Assembly (NCBI GenBank): GCA_964016885.1
Contig: OZ024749.1
Location: 40,424,001-40,488,000, forward strand
Source: Eledone cirrhosa
Taxonomy: Eukaryota
Reading direction: 5' to 3'
Length of the DNA: 64,000 nt
This document shows positions 1 through 11,849 of this stretch, piece after piece; the first letter of the stretch is position 1, and every line of letters begins with the position of its first letter. The translations under genes were made by a program, and so were the position numbers. The notes under the pieces were generated by a model, which saw only the letters and a program-made list of their open reading frames with translations, was not told where the DNA came from and did not search any database.

Positions 1-561
1 ACACAAAAAGGCGTCCTCAATAAGGAGGAGGCAATAACAAAATATAAAAATAAAATAAGATATAACAAAAAATAAAATTTTTAACAAAATCCTCAATAGA
101 GAGGAGGCGCCTTGGAGGGTCGCACACACCCCCGAAAAAGGTGTGCAACCCTTCTCCTCAGGAGCACAGAGAAGGGGTGCTCCCTTGGTCTTTCATCTTC
201 CTCACCTATAGTCTGATGTAGAGTGAAGGCCCATTCACACGGGCCATTCTCGCCACTTGGGGTGCAGCACCTCTCTCTCCATCCTGATCCTTCTTCCGAA
301 ATGATATCGGAAGAAACGGACCAGTTGTTGGCCAGAGAGAAAGGTGCCCGACCTCAGTCCTTTCAGACGCGTCCACCATACAACCTCTTTCGCCATGGCT
401 ATTACGCACAGAAACACCGCCTCTGCGTCATCTTTGAAGGGGGGAGGCGGCTTGATCATTACAATAGACTCGGTGGTCAACCGGATCGGTCCCACCCTTG
501 ACAGCAGTTGTTCGACATAGCCCCACAGATCGGCTACGCCCGAGCAGTGTACTAATGCGTG

Positions 562-562
<1 letters not shown>
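1..562 (-). mobile_element. 5'-truncated L1/Tx1-like non-LTR retrotransposon fragment (ORF2 C-terminus and 3' UTR; 3' end probably lies outside the window)
   Basis: Minus strand translates HALVHCSGVADLWGYVEQLLSRVGPIRLTTESIVMIKPPP...AMAKEVVWWTRLKG...KWREWPV, resembling the region from the CCHC finger to the end of L1/Tx1 ORF2. A homologous copy lies at 36400-36972. Confidence 0.7.

Positions 563-633
<71 letters not shown>
563..633. repeat. (GATA)n microsatellite
   Basis: Direct reading; abuts the truncated 5' end of the Tx1-like fragment. Confidence 0.95.
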
Positions 634-634
<1 letters not shown>

Positions 635-646
635 GTACATGTTTAC

Positions 647-1305
647 GGCATAGGTTAAGTTTAACGTCCTCGAAAATGAAAATGGATTTTCTGACAAGTG
701 AATGTGTTTGTTTGTTTTTTTACAGTGAAATTTACGATACACTCTTTGTTTATTTACAACAGGTCTCTATAGTGATATGGTGTTAATTAGTATTGCGTGT
801 GTGATTATTTTCTCTTATATATATATGTGTGGGTGTGTATATGTGTGTATATATATGTGTGTCTGTATGTATATATATATGTGTGTTTGTATATATATAT
901 GTGTTTGTGTCATCATCATCGTTTAGATATTTTTGTAATATCTTGCCAAAGTTGGCACCAACTATAAACAAATTAAGGCCGGGTCATAAGAAGGACAGAG
1001 AATGATAAGGGATTTGGGTAAAAACATCTAAACGATGATGATGACACAAACATATATATATACAAACACACATATATATATACATACAGACACACATATA
1101 TATACACACATATACACACCCACACATATATATATAAGAGAAAATAATCACACACGCAATACTAATTAACACCATATCACTATAGAGACCTGTTGTAAAT
1201 AAACAAAGAGTGTATCGTAAATTTCACTGTAAAAAAAAAAAAAAACACATTCACTTGTCAGAAAATCCACTTTCATTTTCGAGGACGTTAAACTTAACCT
1301 ATGCC
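647..1305. mobile_element. Mutator-like/foldback MITE with ~290-bp terminal inverted repeats and a 9-bp TSD
   Basis: Arms ~647-934 and ~1020-1305 are near-perfect reverse complements (GGCATAGGTTAAG...CTTAACCTATGCC). CATGTTTAC is duplicated at 638-646 and 1306-1314. Confidence 0.85.
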
Positions 1306-1534
1306 CATGTTTACATGTATTTGTGTGTATACGTGTACATGTCTATGAGAGTACGTGCATATGTAGGTATGTGCGTATGTGTGTGTATAAATCTGTACGT
1401 GTGTATGTGTATATTTGTATATTAGTGTATGTGCGGCGTACGTGTATAGCTCTATACATATGTGTCTATGCCTCTGTGTATGTGTGTGTGAGTACATGAT
1501 ACATCATTGCAATGACATGACAAACATAATTTTC

Positions 1535-1535
1535 T

Positions 1536-1569
<34 letters not shown>

Positions 1570-1965
1570 ACAATCTCTCTCTGTCTCACTCTTTCACTCA
1601 CTCTCTCTCTCTCACTCTCTCTCACACATACTCTCTCTCTCTTTCTTTCTCTTTCACTCTTTCTATCTCTCTATCTCTCTCTCTTTCTCTCTCCCCCATC
1701 TCTCTTTCTCTCTCTCCCCACCCCATCCCCTCTCTCTCTCCTCCCTCCCCCTCGTTCTCTCTTCCTCTCTCTCTCCCCCTCCCCATATCTCTCTCTATCT
1801 CTATCTTTACCTCTATCTCTTTCTATCTCTCTATCTCTCTCTTTCTCTCCCCCTCCGCGCCTCTCTCTCTCTCTCTTTATCTCCCCTTCCTCCCCTCTCT
1901 CTTTCTCTCCCCTCTCTCTCTCTTTCTCTCCCTCCCCTCTCTTCCACCACCCCTCTCTCTCTCTT
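1535..1965. repeat. Degenerate (CT)n / pyrimidine-rich tract
   Basis: Direct reading. Confidence 0.9.
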
Positions 1966-2070
1966 CCCAGTTATTCTTGACACGACATTTAGCATGAAGT
2001 GCCAACAAAGAAGCAGAGACGAGAACGAAATATGGAGATAAAATTAGTTTGGCGATGATTCCACTGTGAT

Positions 2071-2589
2071 ACAAGTACGTAAGTGATACAAGTCTACATT
2101 GACCTACATAGAAACAAGTACGTAAGTGATACAAGTCTACATTGACCTACATAGAAACAAGTACGTAAGTGATACAAGTCTACATTGACCTACATAGAAA
2201 CAAGTACGTAAGTGATACAAGTCTACATTGACCTACATAGAAACAAGTACGTAAGTGATACAAGTCTACATTGACCTACATAGAAACAAGTACGTAAGTG
2301 ATACAAGTCTACATTGACCTACATAGAAACAAGTACGTAAGTGATACAAGTCTACATTGACCTACATAGAAACAAGTACGTAAGTGATACAAGTCTACAT
2401 TGACCTACATAGAAACAAGTACGTAAGTGATACAAGTCTACATTGACCTACATAGAAACAAGTACGTAAGTGATACAAGTCTACATTGACCTACATAGAA
2501 ACAAGTACGTAAGTGATACAAGTCTACATTGACCTACATAGAAACAAGTACGTAAGTGATACAAGTCTACATTGACCTACATAGAAACG
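2071..2589. repeat. 43-bp minisatellite, ~12 apparently identical units
   Basis: Unit ACAAGTACGTAAGTGATACAAGTCTACATTGACCTACATAGAA, head-to-tail with no spacers. Confidence 0.95.
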
Positions 2590-2649
2590 AACGAAATTTT
2601 TCTCTGTCAACCACCGCGAAAACATGGAATTTTACTCGCGGAGTTTCGC

Positions 2650-2757
2650 GGATTGCCGTTAGCAGTAAATGGTAGAGCGTCGGACAGCATGCATTGCAGC
2701 ATATAGTTGCGGCCCATTACGTTCTGAGTTCAAATTCCACCAACGTTAGCTTTGCTT
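2650..2757 (+). mobile_element. tRNA-derived SINE, 5' half (diverged)
   Basis: GGTAGAGCGTCGGACAGCATGC...GAGTTCAAATTCC (pol III B box), matching the SINE at 42302. Confidence 0.75.
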
Positions 2758-3302
2758 GGTTGTCTTGTCAGTTGGTTGGTTGGTTGGTTGGTGGGTTGGT
2801 TGGTTGGTTGGCTGGTTGGTTGGTGGGTTGGTTGGTTGGTTGGCTGGTTGGTTGGTTGCTTGGTTGGTTGGCTGGTTGGTTGGTTGGTTGGTTGGTTAGT
2901 TCGCGTGTTGGCTGGTTGGTTGGCTGGCGTGTTGGTTGGCTGGCTGGTTGGTTGGTGTGTTGTTTGACTGGTTGGTGTGCAGGTTGGCTGGCTGGTTGGT
3001 TAGTTGGCTGGCTGGTTGGTTGGTTGGTTCGTTCGTTCGTTCGTTCGTTCGTTCGTTCGTTGGTTCGTTGGCTGGTTGGTTGGCTGGTTGGTTGGTTGGC
3101 TGGTTGGTTGGTTGGTTGGTTGGTTGGTTGGTTGGTTGGTTGGTTGGTTGGTTGGTTGGTTGGTTGGCTGGTTGGTTGGTTGGCTGGTTGGTTGGTTGGT
3201 TAGTTGGCGTGTTGGTTGACTGGTTGGTGTGTTGGTTGGTTGGCTGGTGTGTTGGTTGGTGTGTTGGTTGGTTAGTCCGTTGGTTGGCCAGTCAATTGGT
3301 TG
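2755..3302. repeat. (GGTT)n / (GGCT)n tetranucleotide array
   Basis: Direct reading. Confidence 0.95.
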
Positions 3303-3786
3303 ATACTTCCAGTGACTAGTTCATATCTTTGTATATTTGTTTGCATGCATGTGCCCGTGTGTGTGTGTATGTGCGTATTTAGTGTATATGAGTGCATGTG
3401 TGTGCCTCTGTGTGTGTGTGCGTGTGCATTAATCTGTGCATATATGTGTGTATGTGTGATATTTCGTTTGTTTACATTTATCAGTTTATTTGTTTATTGG
3501 TTTCTACGTGTGTTTGATGTCCTTTAAAGTAAGCTGCAGTTTGTTATTTCTCCCCATCTACCTTCTAGCCACCCCCATCCACCCCTAACTTCTCTAATCT
3601 ACCCTCTATCCACCTCTATAACCACTATCACATCTAACTGCCTCTCTCTATCTCTCCTCTGCACTACTTCACTCATTCATTATTCCATCATCGTTACTCC
3701 CTCTCTCCCCCTTCTCTCTTTCTCACTCTCTCTCTCTATATATATATATATGTGTGTGTGTGTGTATCACTGTCTTTCTCTCTCAC

Positions 3787-3889
<103 letters not shown>

Positions 3890-3932
3890 GTGTGTGTGTA
3901 TCACTCCATTTCTCTCTCTCTCACTATATCAC

Positions 3933-3989
<57 letters not shown>

Positions 3990-4151
3990 CTTCTCTCAAT
4001 CCACTACTCGTAACATCAATTTACATTTGAAAAATCAAATTAAGTTTAACATAATATCAACACAGATACTTTAAAATGTAGTAATAATAACAACAACACC
4101 AACAACAATAATAATAATAGTAATAATGCTTTCTTTATTTCTTTAGTAGTA

Positions 4152-4288
<137 letters not shown>

Positions 4289-4726
4289 AATGGTATCAAC
4301 AGAAATGGTTTGAAACGTAGAAATAATGATTTCTTTATTTATTGTTTCTTTATAATTTATTTTATTCATTTATTTCTTTTTAAAAAAAAACACAAATGGT
4401 TTGAAATGAAAATAACACTATCAACATAAAATGGTTGGAAATATTAGAAAAAACAACAGTAAAAAAAAAAAACAAGAAAGAAATAGAACACATGAACCAT
4501 AAAAGCCATGAAAAACAACAAAGATTAAAATTTCAACAACAAAAAACATAAACATAAAACAAAACAATTCTAATAAACACACAAGTTGTAATGTCACTCT
4601 TTTGTTTTTCTAATAAAAAAATATATTTGTGTTCGATGCCTCCAGATCTTTTGACATGAATGTGTGTCTTTATGTGTGTTTGTGTTTGTGTGTGTGTGTG
4701 TTAGTGTGTGTGTATGTTTGTGTGTC

Positions 4727-5202
4727 TGTATCTGTGTTTGTGTTTTTGTGTGTGTGTGTTTGTGTGTTAGTTTGTGTGTGTTTGTGTGTGTGTGGTTGCG
4801 TGTGTATGTGTTCGTGTGTCCGTGTTTGTGTGTGCCAATGTGTTTGTAAGTATGTGTGTTTGTGTGTGTGTCTGTATGTGTGTGTGTATTTGTGTGTCTG
4901 TGTTTGTGTGTCTGTGTGTGTCTGTGTGTATGTGTGTGTGTGTATGTGTGTGAGTGTGTGTATGTATGTGTGTTTGTGCGCGAGAACATGTATACAAGTG
5001 TATGAGTATATGTTCGTGTATGTAAATGTACTTGAATATGAGTGACAGTTAGCATGTGTGAAGATATGTTTAAGTTAAGATGTGTATATGTGGTCACCTT
5101 TCTACAGTGGTATTACATAATCATGTTACTGAATGTTTCTCTCAAACCTCTTACAACATTGCAAAACTACAAGAGGATTTGGAATACACACACACACATG
5201 CG

Positions 5203-5287
<85 letters not shown>

Positions 5288-5439
5288 CGTATTCCTAATT
5301 AAACTATTTTTCACTGGGAACAATTTGTCAGCATTTTCTTTTCCTTTTACCAATATATATATATATATATATATTGGTAAAAGGAAAAGAAAATGCTGAC
5401 AAATTGTTCCCAGTGAAAAATAGTTTAATTAGGAATACG

Positions 5440-5506
<67 letters not shown>

Positions 5507-5992
5507 CGCATGTGTGTGTGTGTGTGTGTGTGTATTCCAAATCCTCTTGTAGTTTTGCAATGTTGTAAGAGGTTTGAGAGAAACATTCAGCAACATGATT
5601 ATGTAATACCACTGTAGAAAGGTGACCACATATACACATCTTAACTTAAACATATCTTCACACATGCTAACTGTCACTCATATTCAAGTACATTTACATA
5701 CACGAACATATACTCATACACTTGTATACATGTTCTCGCGCACAGACACACATACATACACACACTCACACACATACACACACACACATACACACAGACA
5801 CACACAGACACACAAACACAGACACACAAATACACACACACATACAGACACACACACAAACACACATACTTACAAACACATTGGCACACACAAACACGGA
5901 CACACGAACACATACACACGCAACCACACACACACAAACACACACAAACTAACACACAAACACACACACACAAAAACACAAACACAGATACA
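4727..5992. repeat. ~1.27-kb near-perfect palindrome centred on a (TA)n tract at ~5363
   Basis: Right arm is the reverse complement of the left arm, apart from two visible substitutions and microsatellite length changes. Confidence 0.9.
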
Positions 5993-6100
5993 AATTAATA
6001 ATAAGTATTGGTTAGTATTCAGTTTTAGTTTTTACCGGTTGCGCATTTCTAATGCTTTTCAAAAATAATTTTGAGATAGAGCGCCCGTGATGTTTGCTCT
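5993..6100 (-). mobile_element. PLE-like pLTR fragment (family J) with variant HHR-like fold at 6029-6065
   Basis: Reverse complement of 6945-7045. Minus strand reads TTT-TTGAAAA-GCATT-AGA-AATGC-GCAA-CCGG-TA-AAA. Confidence 0.55.
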
Positions 6101-6128
6101 AATCTGTATATATATATATATATACACG

Positions 6129-6164
<36 letters not shown>

Positions 6165-6172
<8 letters not shown>

Positions 6173-6538
6173 CGTGTGTCGAAACAAATATTGTTATGCT
6201 TGGGGAGGGTTATATTGTAATAATATTGCCAGAAATAATAACAGAACACACTCACTGATGTTGCAGATTTGCGACGAAAGAACTTTGATAGACTATATAT
6301 ATATGTATATATATATTGGCTTTTTGCTACAATATTTTCTATACCTTTCATTTATATATATATATAGTTATATCTGTATTTTTAACCGCTGTTCAATAAG
6401 TGATAAACATTGATTGCCAAATATATTGACTATGGCGATATAAAACCTACAGAAGAGAAAACCAACCCAAACCAAACTGTGAGTGTGTTTTGTTATTATT
6501 TCTGGTAATATTATAACAATATAACCCTCCCCAAGTAT

Positions 6539-6546
<8 letters not shown>
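6165..6546 (+). mobile_element. Fold-back PLE-like pLTR element (family B'); HHR core broken at 6252-6288
   Basis: 6165-6256 is an inverted copy of the element's own 3' end (CCCTCCCCAAGTATAACAATAT). Homologous to 61120-61402. The core reads CTGAT-GTTGCA instead of CTGATGAT-GTTGCA. Confidence 0.7.
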
Positions 6547-6582
<36 letters not shown>

Positions 6583-6584
<2 letters not shown>

Positions 6585-6856
6585 GGAAAGTTATATTTAA
6601 AATTGTTGGGTTACAACTAGTAAATATTTATAACTGATATAAAAGCACTCGACAAATATTTGGAGTATATTTACAATATTAAATAAATGGAAACTATATT
6701 TATAAAACCATATTTATTTCATTATATATATTTCGGGGATATCATATTAACAATATGCTATGCCTTCCTCAGACAAAATACAATATAAACAGTTTTATAG
6801 ATAAATAGATTCGACATACCGTAATAACACCGACTTGCATTTGAAGAGGTTAAACT
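6583..6856 (-). mobile_element. PLE-like pLTR element (family D)
   Basis: Homologous to 49660-49850 and 60686-60816. Carries an HHR and is flanked by (TA)n. Confidence 0.7.
6719..6776 (-). ncRNA. Minimal type-I hammerhead ribozyme motif (family D)
   Basis: TTGT-CTGAGGA-AGGCATAGCATATT-GTT-AATATGATATCCCC-GAAA-TATATA-TA-ATGA; palindromic stem III ATATATAT; weak stem I. Confidence 0.65.
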
Positions 6857-6887
6857 GTATATATATATTGGTATATAACTGTATATA

Positions 6888-7165
6888 TATATTGGTAAAC
6901 GGAATAGAAAATGCTGACAAATTGTTCACAGTTGAAACAAACAGCACGGATACTCTATCTCAAAATTATTTTTGAAAAGCATTTAGAAATGCGCAACCGG
7001 TAAAAACTTAAAAACTTAAAACCACAACTGAATACTAACCCATACAATCACTAATACTCTTTTATTCCTAATTAAACCATTTTTCAACTGTGAACAATTT
7101 GTCAGCATTTTCTATTCCGTTTACCAATATACAATAACTTGTGTGTTACACCTCTATTCTTTTAA
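6888..7165 (+). mobile_element. Fold-back PLE-like element (family J) with variant HHR-like fold at 6969-7005
   Basis: 6888-6936 is inverted relative to 7081-7131. The same terminus forms the centre of the 4727-5992 palindrome. Confidence 0.6.
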
Positions 7166-7173
7166 CTATATAT

Positions 7174-7266
<93 letters not shown>

Positions 7267-7272
<6 letters not shown>

Positions 7273-7465
7273 GGAACCAGTAAGACCCCGACAGCTGAGC
7301 TCAAGCCGTTTCGACGGCTAATTCTGGTCCAGAATTAGCCGTCGAAACGGCTTGAGCTCAGCTGTCGGGGTCTTACTGGTTCCTATTATCCACTCTACTA
7401 CCTCAAGTATTGAGTACTTTGGTGCGTTATGGTCCACCTGGTTCCTTACCACATTTCCTTCGTTA
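7267..7465 (+). mobile_element. Fold-back element (family L): perfect 123-bp palindrome plus a unique tail; carries the 3' half of an HHR
   Basis: Palindrome 7267-7389 with axis at 7328; GAAAC-GGC...GCT-GTC-GGGG. Other copies at 15958-16130 and 60867-61033. Confidence 0.7.
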
Positions 7466-7559
7466 TATATATATATATATATATAGTGTTTCTTGGCGGA
7501 ATCCAATCCCCTCACCAGGTCTGAACACTGTCAATTTCTTCCAGAGAGTAGAGAGAGAA

Positions 7560-7636
<77 letters not shown>

Positions 7637-7637
7637 C

Positions 7638-7759
7638 TTTTTATCGACCGCTAAAGGATGAAGGGCAATGTTGAACTCGGCGAGATTTGAACTCAAAACG
7701 CAGGGATTCGGAATGAATACCACAGACCACTCTATCCGATGTTCTACGCGAATTCACCG

Positions 7760-7760
<1 letters not shown>
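7638..7760 (-). mobile_element. tRNA-derived SINE fragment
   Basis: Reverse complement contains GAGTTCAAATCTCGCCGAG...TTCATCCTTTAGCGGTCGATAAAA. Confidence 0.75.
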
Positions 7761-7804
<44 letters not shown>

Positions 7805-7810
<6 letters not shown>

Positions 7811-7983
7811 AAGACAAGATGGTGTAGGACAGAACAGAAGAGAGACACACAAAATAAAAAACCTAGTCGCTGAGGAGGTCACAGAATGTGTGACGAAAGA
7901 ACTTCGACAATATATCAACAATGAAAACCAACAGGTGCCTGTGTTTTTATTGGCAGCATGACCCTCCCAAAGTATAACAATAT
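7805..7983 (+). mobile_element. PLE pLTR fragment (family B)
   Basis: Homologous to 48975-49237; ends in CCCTCCCAAAGTATAACAATAT. Confidence 0.8.
7866..7908 (+). ncRNA. Minimal type-I hammerhead ribozyme motif (family B)
   Basis: GTCG-CTGAGGA-G-GTCAC-AGAATGT-GTGAC-GAAA-G-AA-CTT-CGAC. Stem I GTCG/CGAC covaries with GTCA/TGAC in the 48.6-kb and 49.0-kb copies. Confidence 0.85.
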
Positions 7984-7988
7984 ATATA

Positions 7989-8059
<71 letters not shown>

Positions 8060-8331
8060 TAATTTTTTTCTTCTTTCTTCTTTCTTCTTTCTTCTTTCTT
8101 CTTTCTTCTTTCTTCTTTCTTCTTTCTTCTTTCTTCTTTCTTCTTTCTTCTTTCTTCTTTCTTTATATCTCATTCTTTAACACTGTCTTTATCTCACTCT
8201 TCTCCTCACCTTCTTTCTCCTACCCCTCTCTCTTTATTTCTTTCTCTCTCTCTCCCTCTTTCTCTCTGCCTCCTAAAAGCCCTGAACATTCTAACATGTG
8301 TGTATTAACATTACCACACACCATACATAAC

Positions 8332-8363
<32 letters not shown>

Positions 8364-8366
8364 CGT

Positions 8367-8461
<95 letters not shown>

Positions 8462-8764
8462 CCACATGCTAATACATAGAAATATCAAAAGACAAAGATC
8501 AAACGACAATGTCGCAGAATATTTCATATTTATTAGCAAATAACTATGGCAGAACAAAAGGATCAGAATTTTTCATCGACTTTTTTTTCCATGTCATAAA
8601 TTGTCACAATTTTTGTTGTTATTTTGTTTGTTTGTTTCATATAACTTTTTGTTTTTGTTTTTTGTTTCTTTTCTTTATTTTATGCTTTTCATGTGTTTCA
8701 TTTTATTCTTTTTGTTGTTGCTATCATCATTCTCATCATCATTATCATCATCATCATCATTATA

Positions 8765-9097
8765 GGGCGGTGGATTGGCAGTATCGGTAGAGAGCCGGAC
8801 GCCATGCTTTGCAGCAAAGAGTTACGGCCCTTTATGGTCTGAGTTCAAATCCCGCCCAGGTTAACTTTGCCTTTCATCCTTACGGGGTCGATAAAATAAA
8901 GTACCAGTAATACACTGGGGTTATTTGGGTAATTGGTGGCCTTGTGCCAAAAGTAGAAACAATTATTACTATTATAAGCTGGTTGATTAGCAGTATCGGC
9001 AGAGCGTCGGACAACTTGTTTTGCGGCACAGAGTTACGGCCCTTTGTGTTCTGAGTTCAAATTTTGTCTAGGTGAGCTTAACCTTTCATCTTTACGA
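8765..9097 (+). mobile_element. Two tandem tRNA-derived SINE copies (full ~8765-8970, partial ~8975-9097)
   Basis: A-box-like TGGCAGTATCGG, B box GAGTTCAAAT, body CTTTCATCCTTACGGGGTCGATAAAATAAAGTACCAG, tail GGCCTTGTGCC..AAGTAGAAACAATTATT. Confidence 0.85.
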
Positions 9098-9489
9098 TTT
9101 AATCACGAGATATGTTTTCATATCCACTGATTTCCCAGTTCTCATACATTTCTACTACTTTAGTTAATATATTAACTTTAATCAGTTGACATTCAAAACT
9201 AATAGCCACTAATAACCTACTATTTTGCTGTCATCGTCAATGTCGCCATTTAAAATACTAATGCATTGCTGACTAATTCAAATCTACGTTGATTGATTAC
9301 ATTACCTACAGAATACAAGAACAGCTGGTTTATATAAGCTTTTAGCTGCCGTCTTTCGTACCTATATACGTATGTATACATGGATAGCTGAGCAGAGTTT
9401 AATCGATAGATGGATGAGTGTGTTAATATATATATAGTATCTCTCTCTCTCTCACTCTCTCTCTCATTCTCTCTCTCTCTCTCTCCCCC

Positions 9490-9527
<38 letters not shown>

Positions 9528-9654
9528 CTCTCTCTCTCTATATATATATATATACATACATACATGCATACGTACATATATAAAATATACATACATGCAT
9601 ACGTACATATATAATATATATATATATACATATATATATTTATATACATACATG

Positions 9655-9694
<40 letters not shown>

Positions 9695-9728
9695 TACCTT
9701 CTCTCTCTCTCACACACATACACACACA

Positions 9729-9798
<70 letters not shown>

Positions 9799-9838
9799 AT
9801 CCATATCCACCAGTTTGACTGTTCCTAAAACAACCACG

Positions 9839-9874
<36 letters not shown>

Positions 9875-9967
9875 GCCGAATATGTATGTGTGTGTGTATC
9901 TGTGTATATGTGTGTATATGTGTGTGTATGTGTATATGTGTGTGTATATATGTGTGTGTGTATACAC

Positions 9968-10030
<63 letters not shown>

Positions 10031-10268
10031 CTCCAAATAGCCATGGATGATGACTCAGTGAAATACAGTAATCACAACACTCCTGTGTGGAGAGATTAAA
10101 CAGCTTCAGAACAGAGAATGGAACAGATTAAACCAAAGAAGAGGAAGAAGTACAAGCAAAAGTAAAAGGAAGCAATTGTGGTGGTGTTGGTGGTGGGGAT
10201 GGATAAAGCAACACAGTACAGCATATAGCATAACACAAGAGCTTAACATGACAACATGTCATGGCCTA

Positions 10269-10325
<57 letters not shown>

Positions 10326-10332
10326 GTGTATA

Positions 10333-10377
<45 letters not shown>

Positions 10378-10443
10378 GCCTACATAAACTGGTAGACGAT
10401 AGCCTGACACACTACTTACCTTAAGACAATAACTAATGGTTTA

Positions 10444-10600
<157 letters not shown>

Positions 10601-10614
10601 ATATACATATACAT

Positions 10615-10655
<41 letters not shown>

Positions 10656-11139
10656 CAAATCAAGAAGTCACTTTAATTTATAGAGAGTGTGTCAGGGGGA
10701 GGGAACTTTTCCTTTCGTTTGATATTAATTGGCCGGACAGTTTGGTAAATAAGTTATTATTTCTAGAGGCCAAGGGTCAGATTTATTACTTCAACATCTG
10801 ACAAGGCCTTCAAACTACTTCCGGATTAAGTTTCGTGATTGGAAGAAGGTGGAAGGTGTGATGGTTATGTTGTTGGTGGAGTTGGTGTTGTTGTTGTTGT
10901 TGTTGTGGTGGTTGTTGTTGTTGTTGCTGTGGTTGCTGTTGTTGTTGTTGTTGTTGTTGTTGCAGTTTGCTGTGATTGTTGTGACCATTGTTGCTGCTGG
11001 TGTTGTTGCAGTTGTTGTGGTTGTTGTTTTTGTAGTTGTTGTGTTTTTGTTATTGTGGTGTAGGTTTTTTTATCGTTGTTGTTATCGTTTATGTCGTTGT
11101 TGTTGCTGTTGTGATTACTGATGGCATTATTGATGATTA

Positions 11140-11320
11140 TCGGTGGAGGGTTGGACGCCATGCTTTACAGCATAGAGAGAGTTACGTCCCTTTTCGGTCT
11201 GAGTTCAAATCCGGTCGAGGTTAACTTTGCCTTTCATCCTTACGGGGGTCAATAAAATTAACACCAGTATTGCAGGTGGATAATTGCTGGCCTTGAGCCA
11301 AAAGTAGAAACAATTATTAT
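11140..11320 (+). mobile_element. tRNA-derived SINE
   Basis: Same B box, body and tail as the 8765 copy. Confidence 0.85.
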
Positions 11321-11482
11321 ATTTGTTGTGATTGTTATTGTGGTCGTTATTGTATTTTATATAACAGAGACTACAATGTGCACAGGAATTTCAGGTACAG
11401 TCCATCTGTTGGGCTTCCAAACAGTTTCTGTCGACCAAATTGCATTCACAATACCTTGTTGTCGACCCGAGAAGCTATGATA

Positions 11483-11841
11483 TGGGCTGAAAGCTTCATA
11501 TCCTGATTATGAAGAATTGATGCTAGAGCTGTGAAATCTTGCATGCATTAATTTCAGTCTTCTTATTAATAACTGCATTGTTTCTTTCCAGGGACTATGT
11601 TGAAAAATAAACCTCATTTGGTCATTCCATGAGAGTATCTTGGTCAGCCTAAGAAATTCGTAGGCTGACTATGAAGGAGTGATGCTAGAACTGTGAAATC
11701 TTGCATGTATTAATTTCAACTCTTCTTATTAATAACTGCATTGTTTGTTTCCAAGGACTATATTTAAAAAAATAAACCCCATTTGGTCATTCCATGAGAG
11801 TATCTTGGACAGCCTATGAACTTTTTCTGCTGGCCCTCGTA
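11483..11841 (+). mobile_element. Mariner-derived MITE with an internal tandem duplication
   Basis: Two ~180-bp units. GGGACTATGTTGAAAAATAA encodes GDYVEK*, typical of a mariner transposase C-terminus. Ends in CCCTCGTA (TACGAGGG-type TIR). Single-unit copy at 34878-35096. Confidence 0.65.
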
Positions 11842-11849
11842 AATTGTAC

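Noticed and set aside
2071-2589. CRISPR-like appearance of the 43-bp array (also the 40-, 39- and 70-bp arrays)
   Set aside because: Units are contiguous with no unique spacers, there are no cas genes, and the context is eukaryotic.
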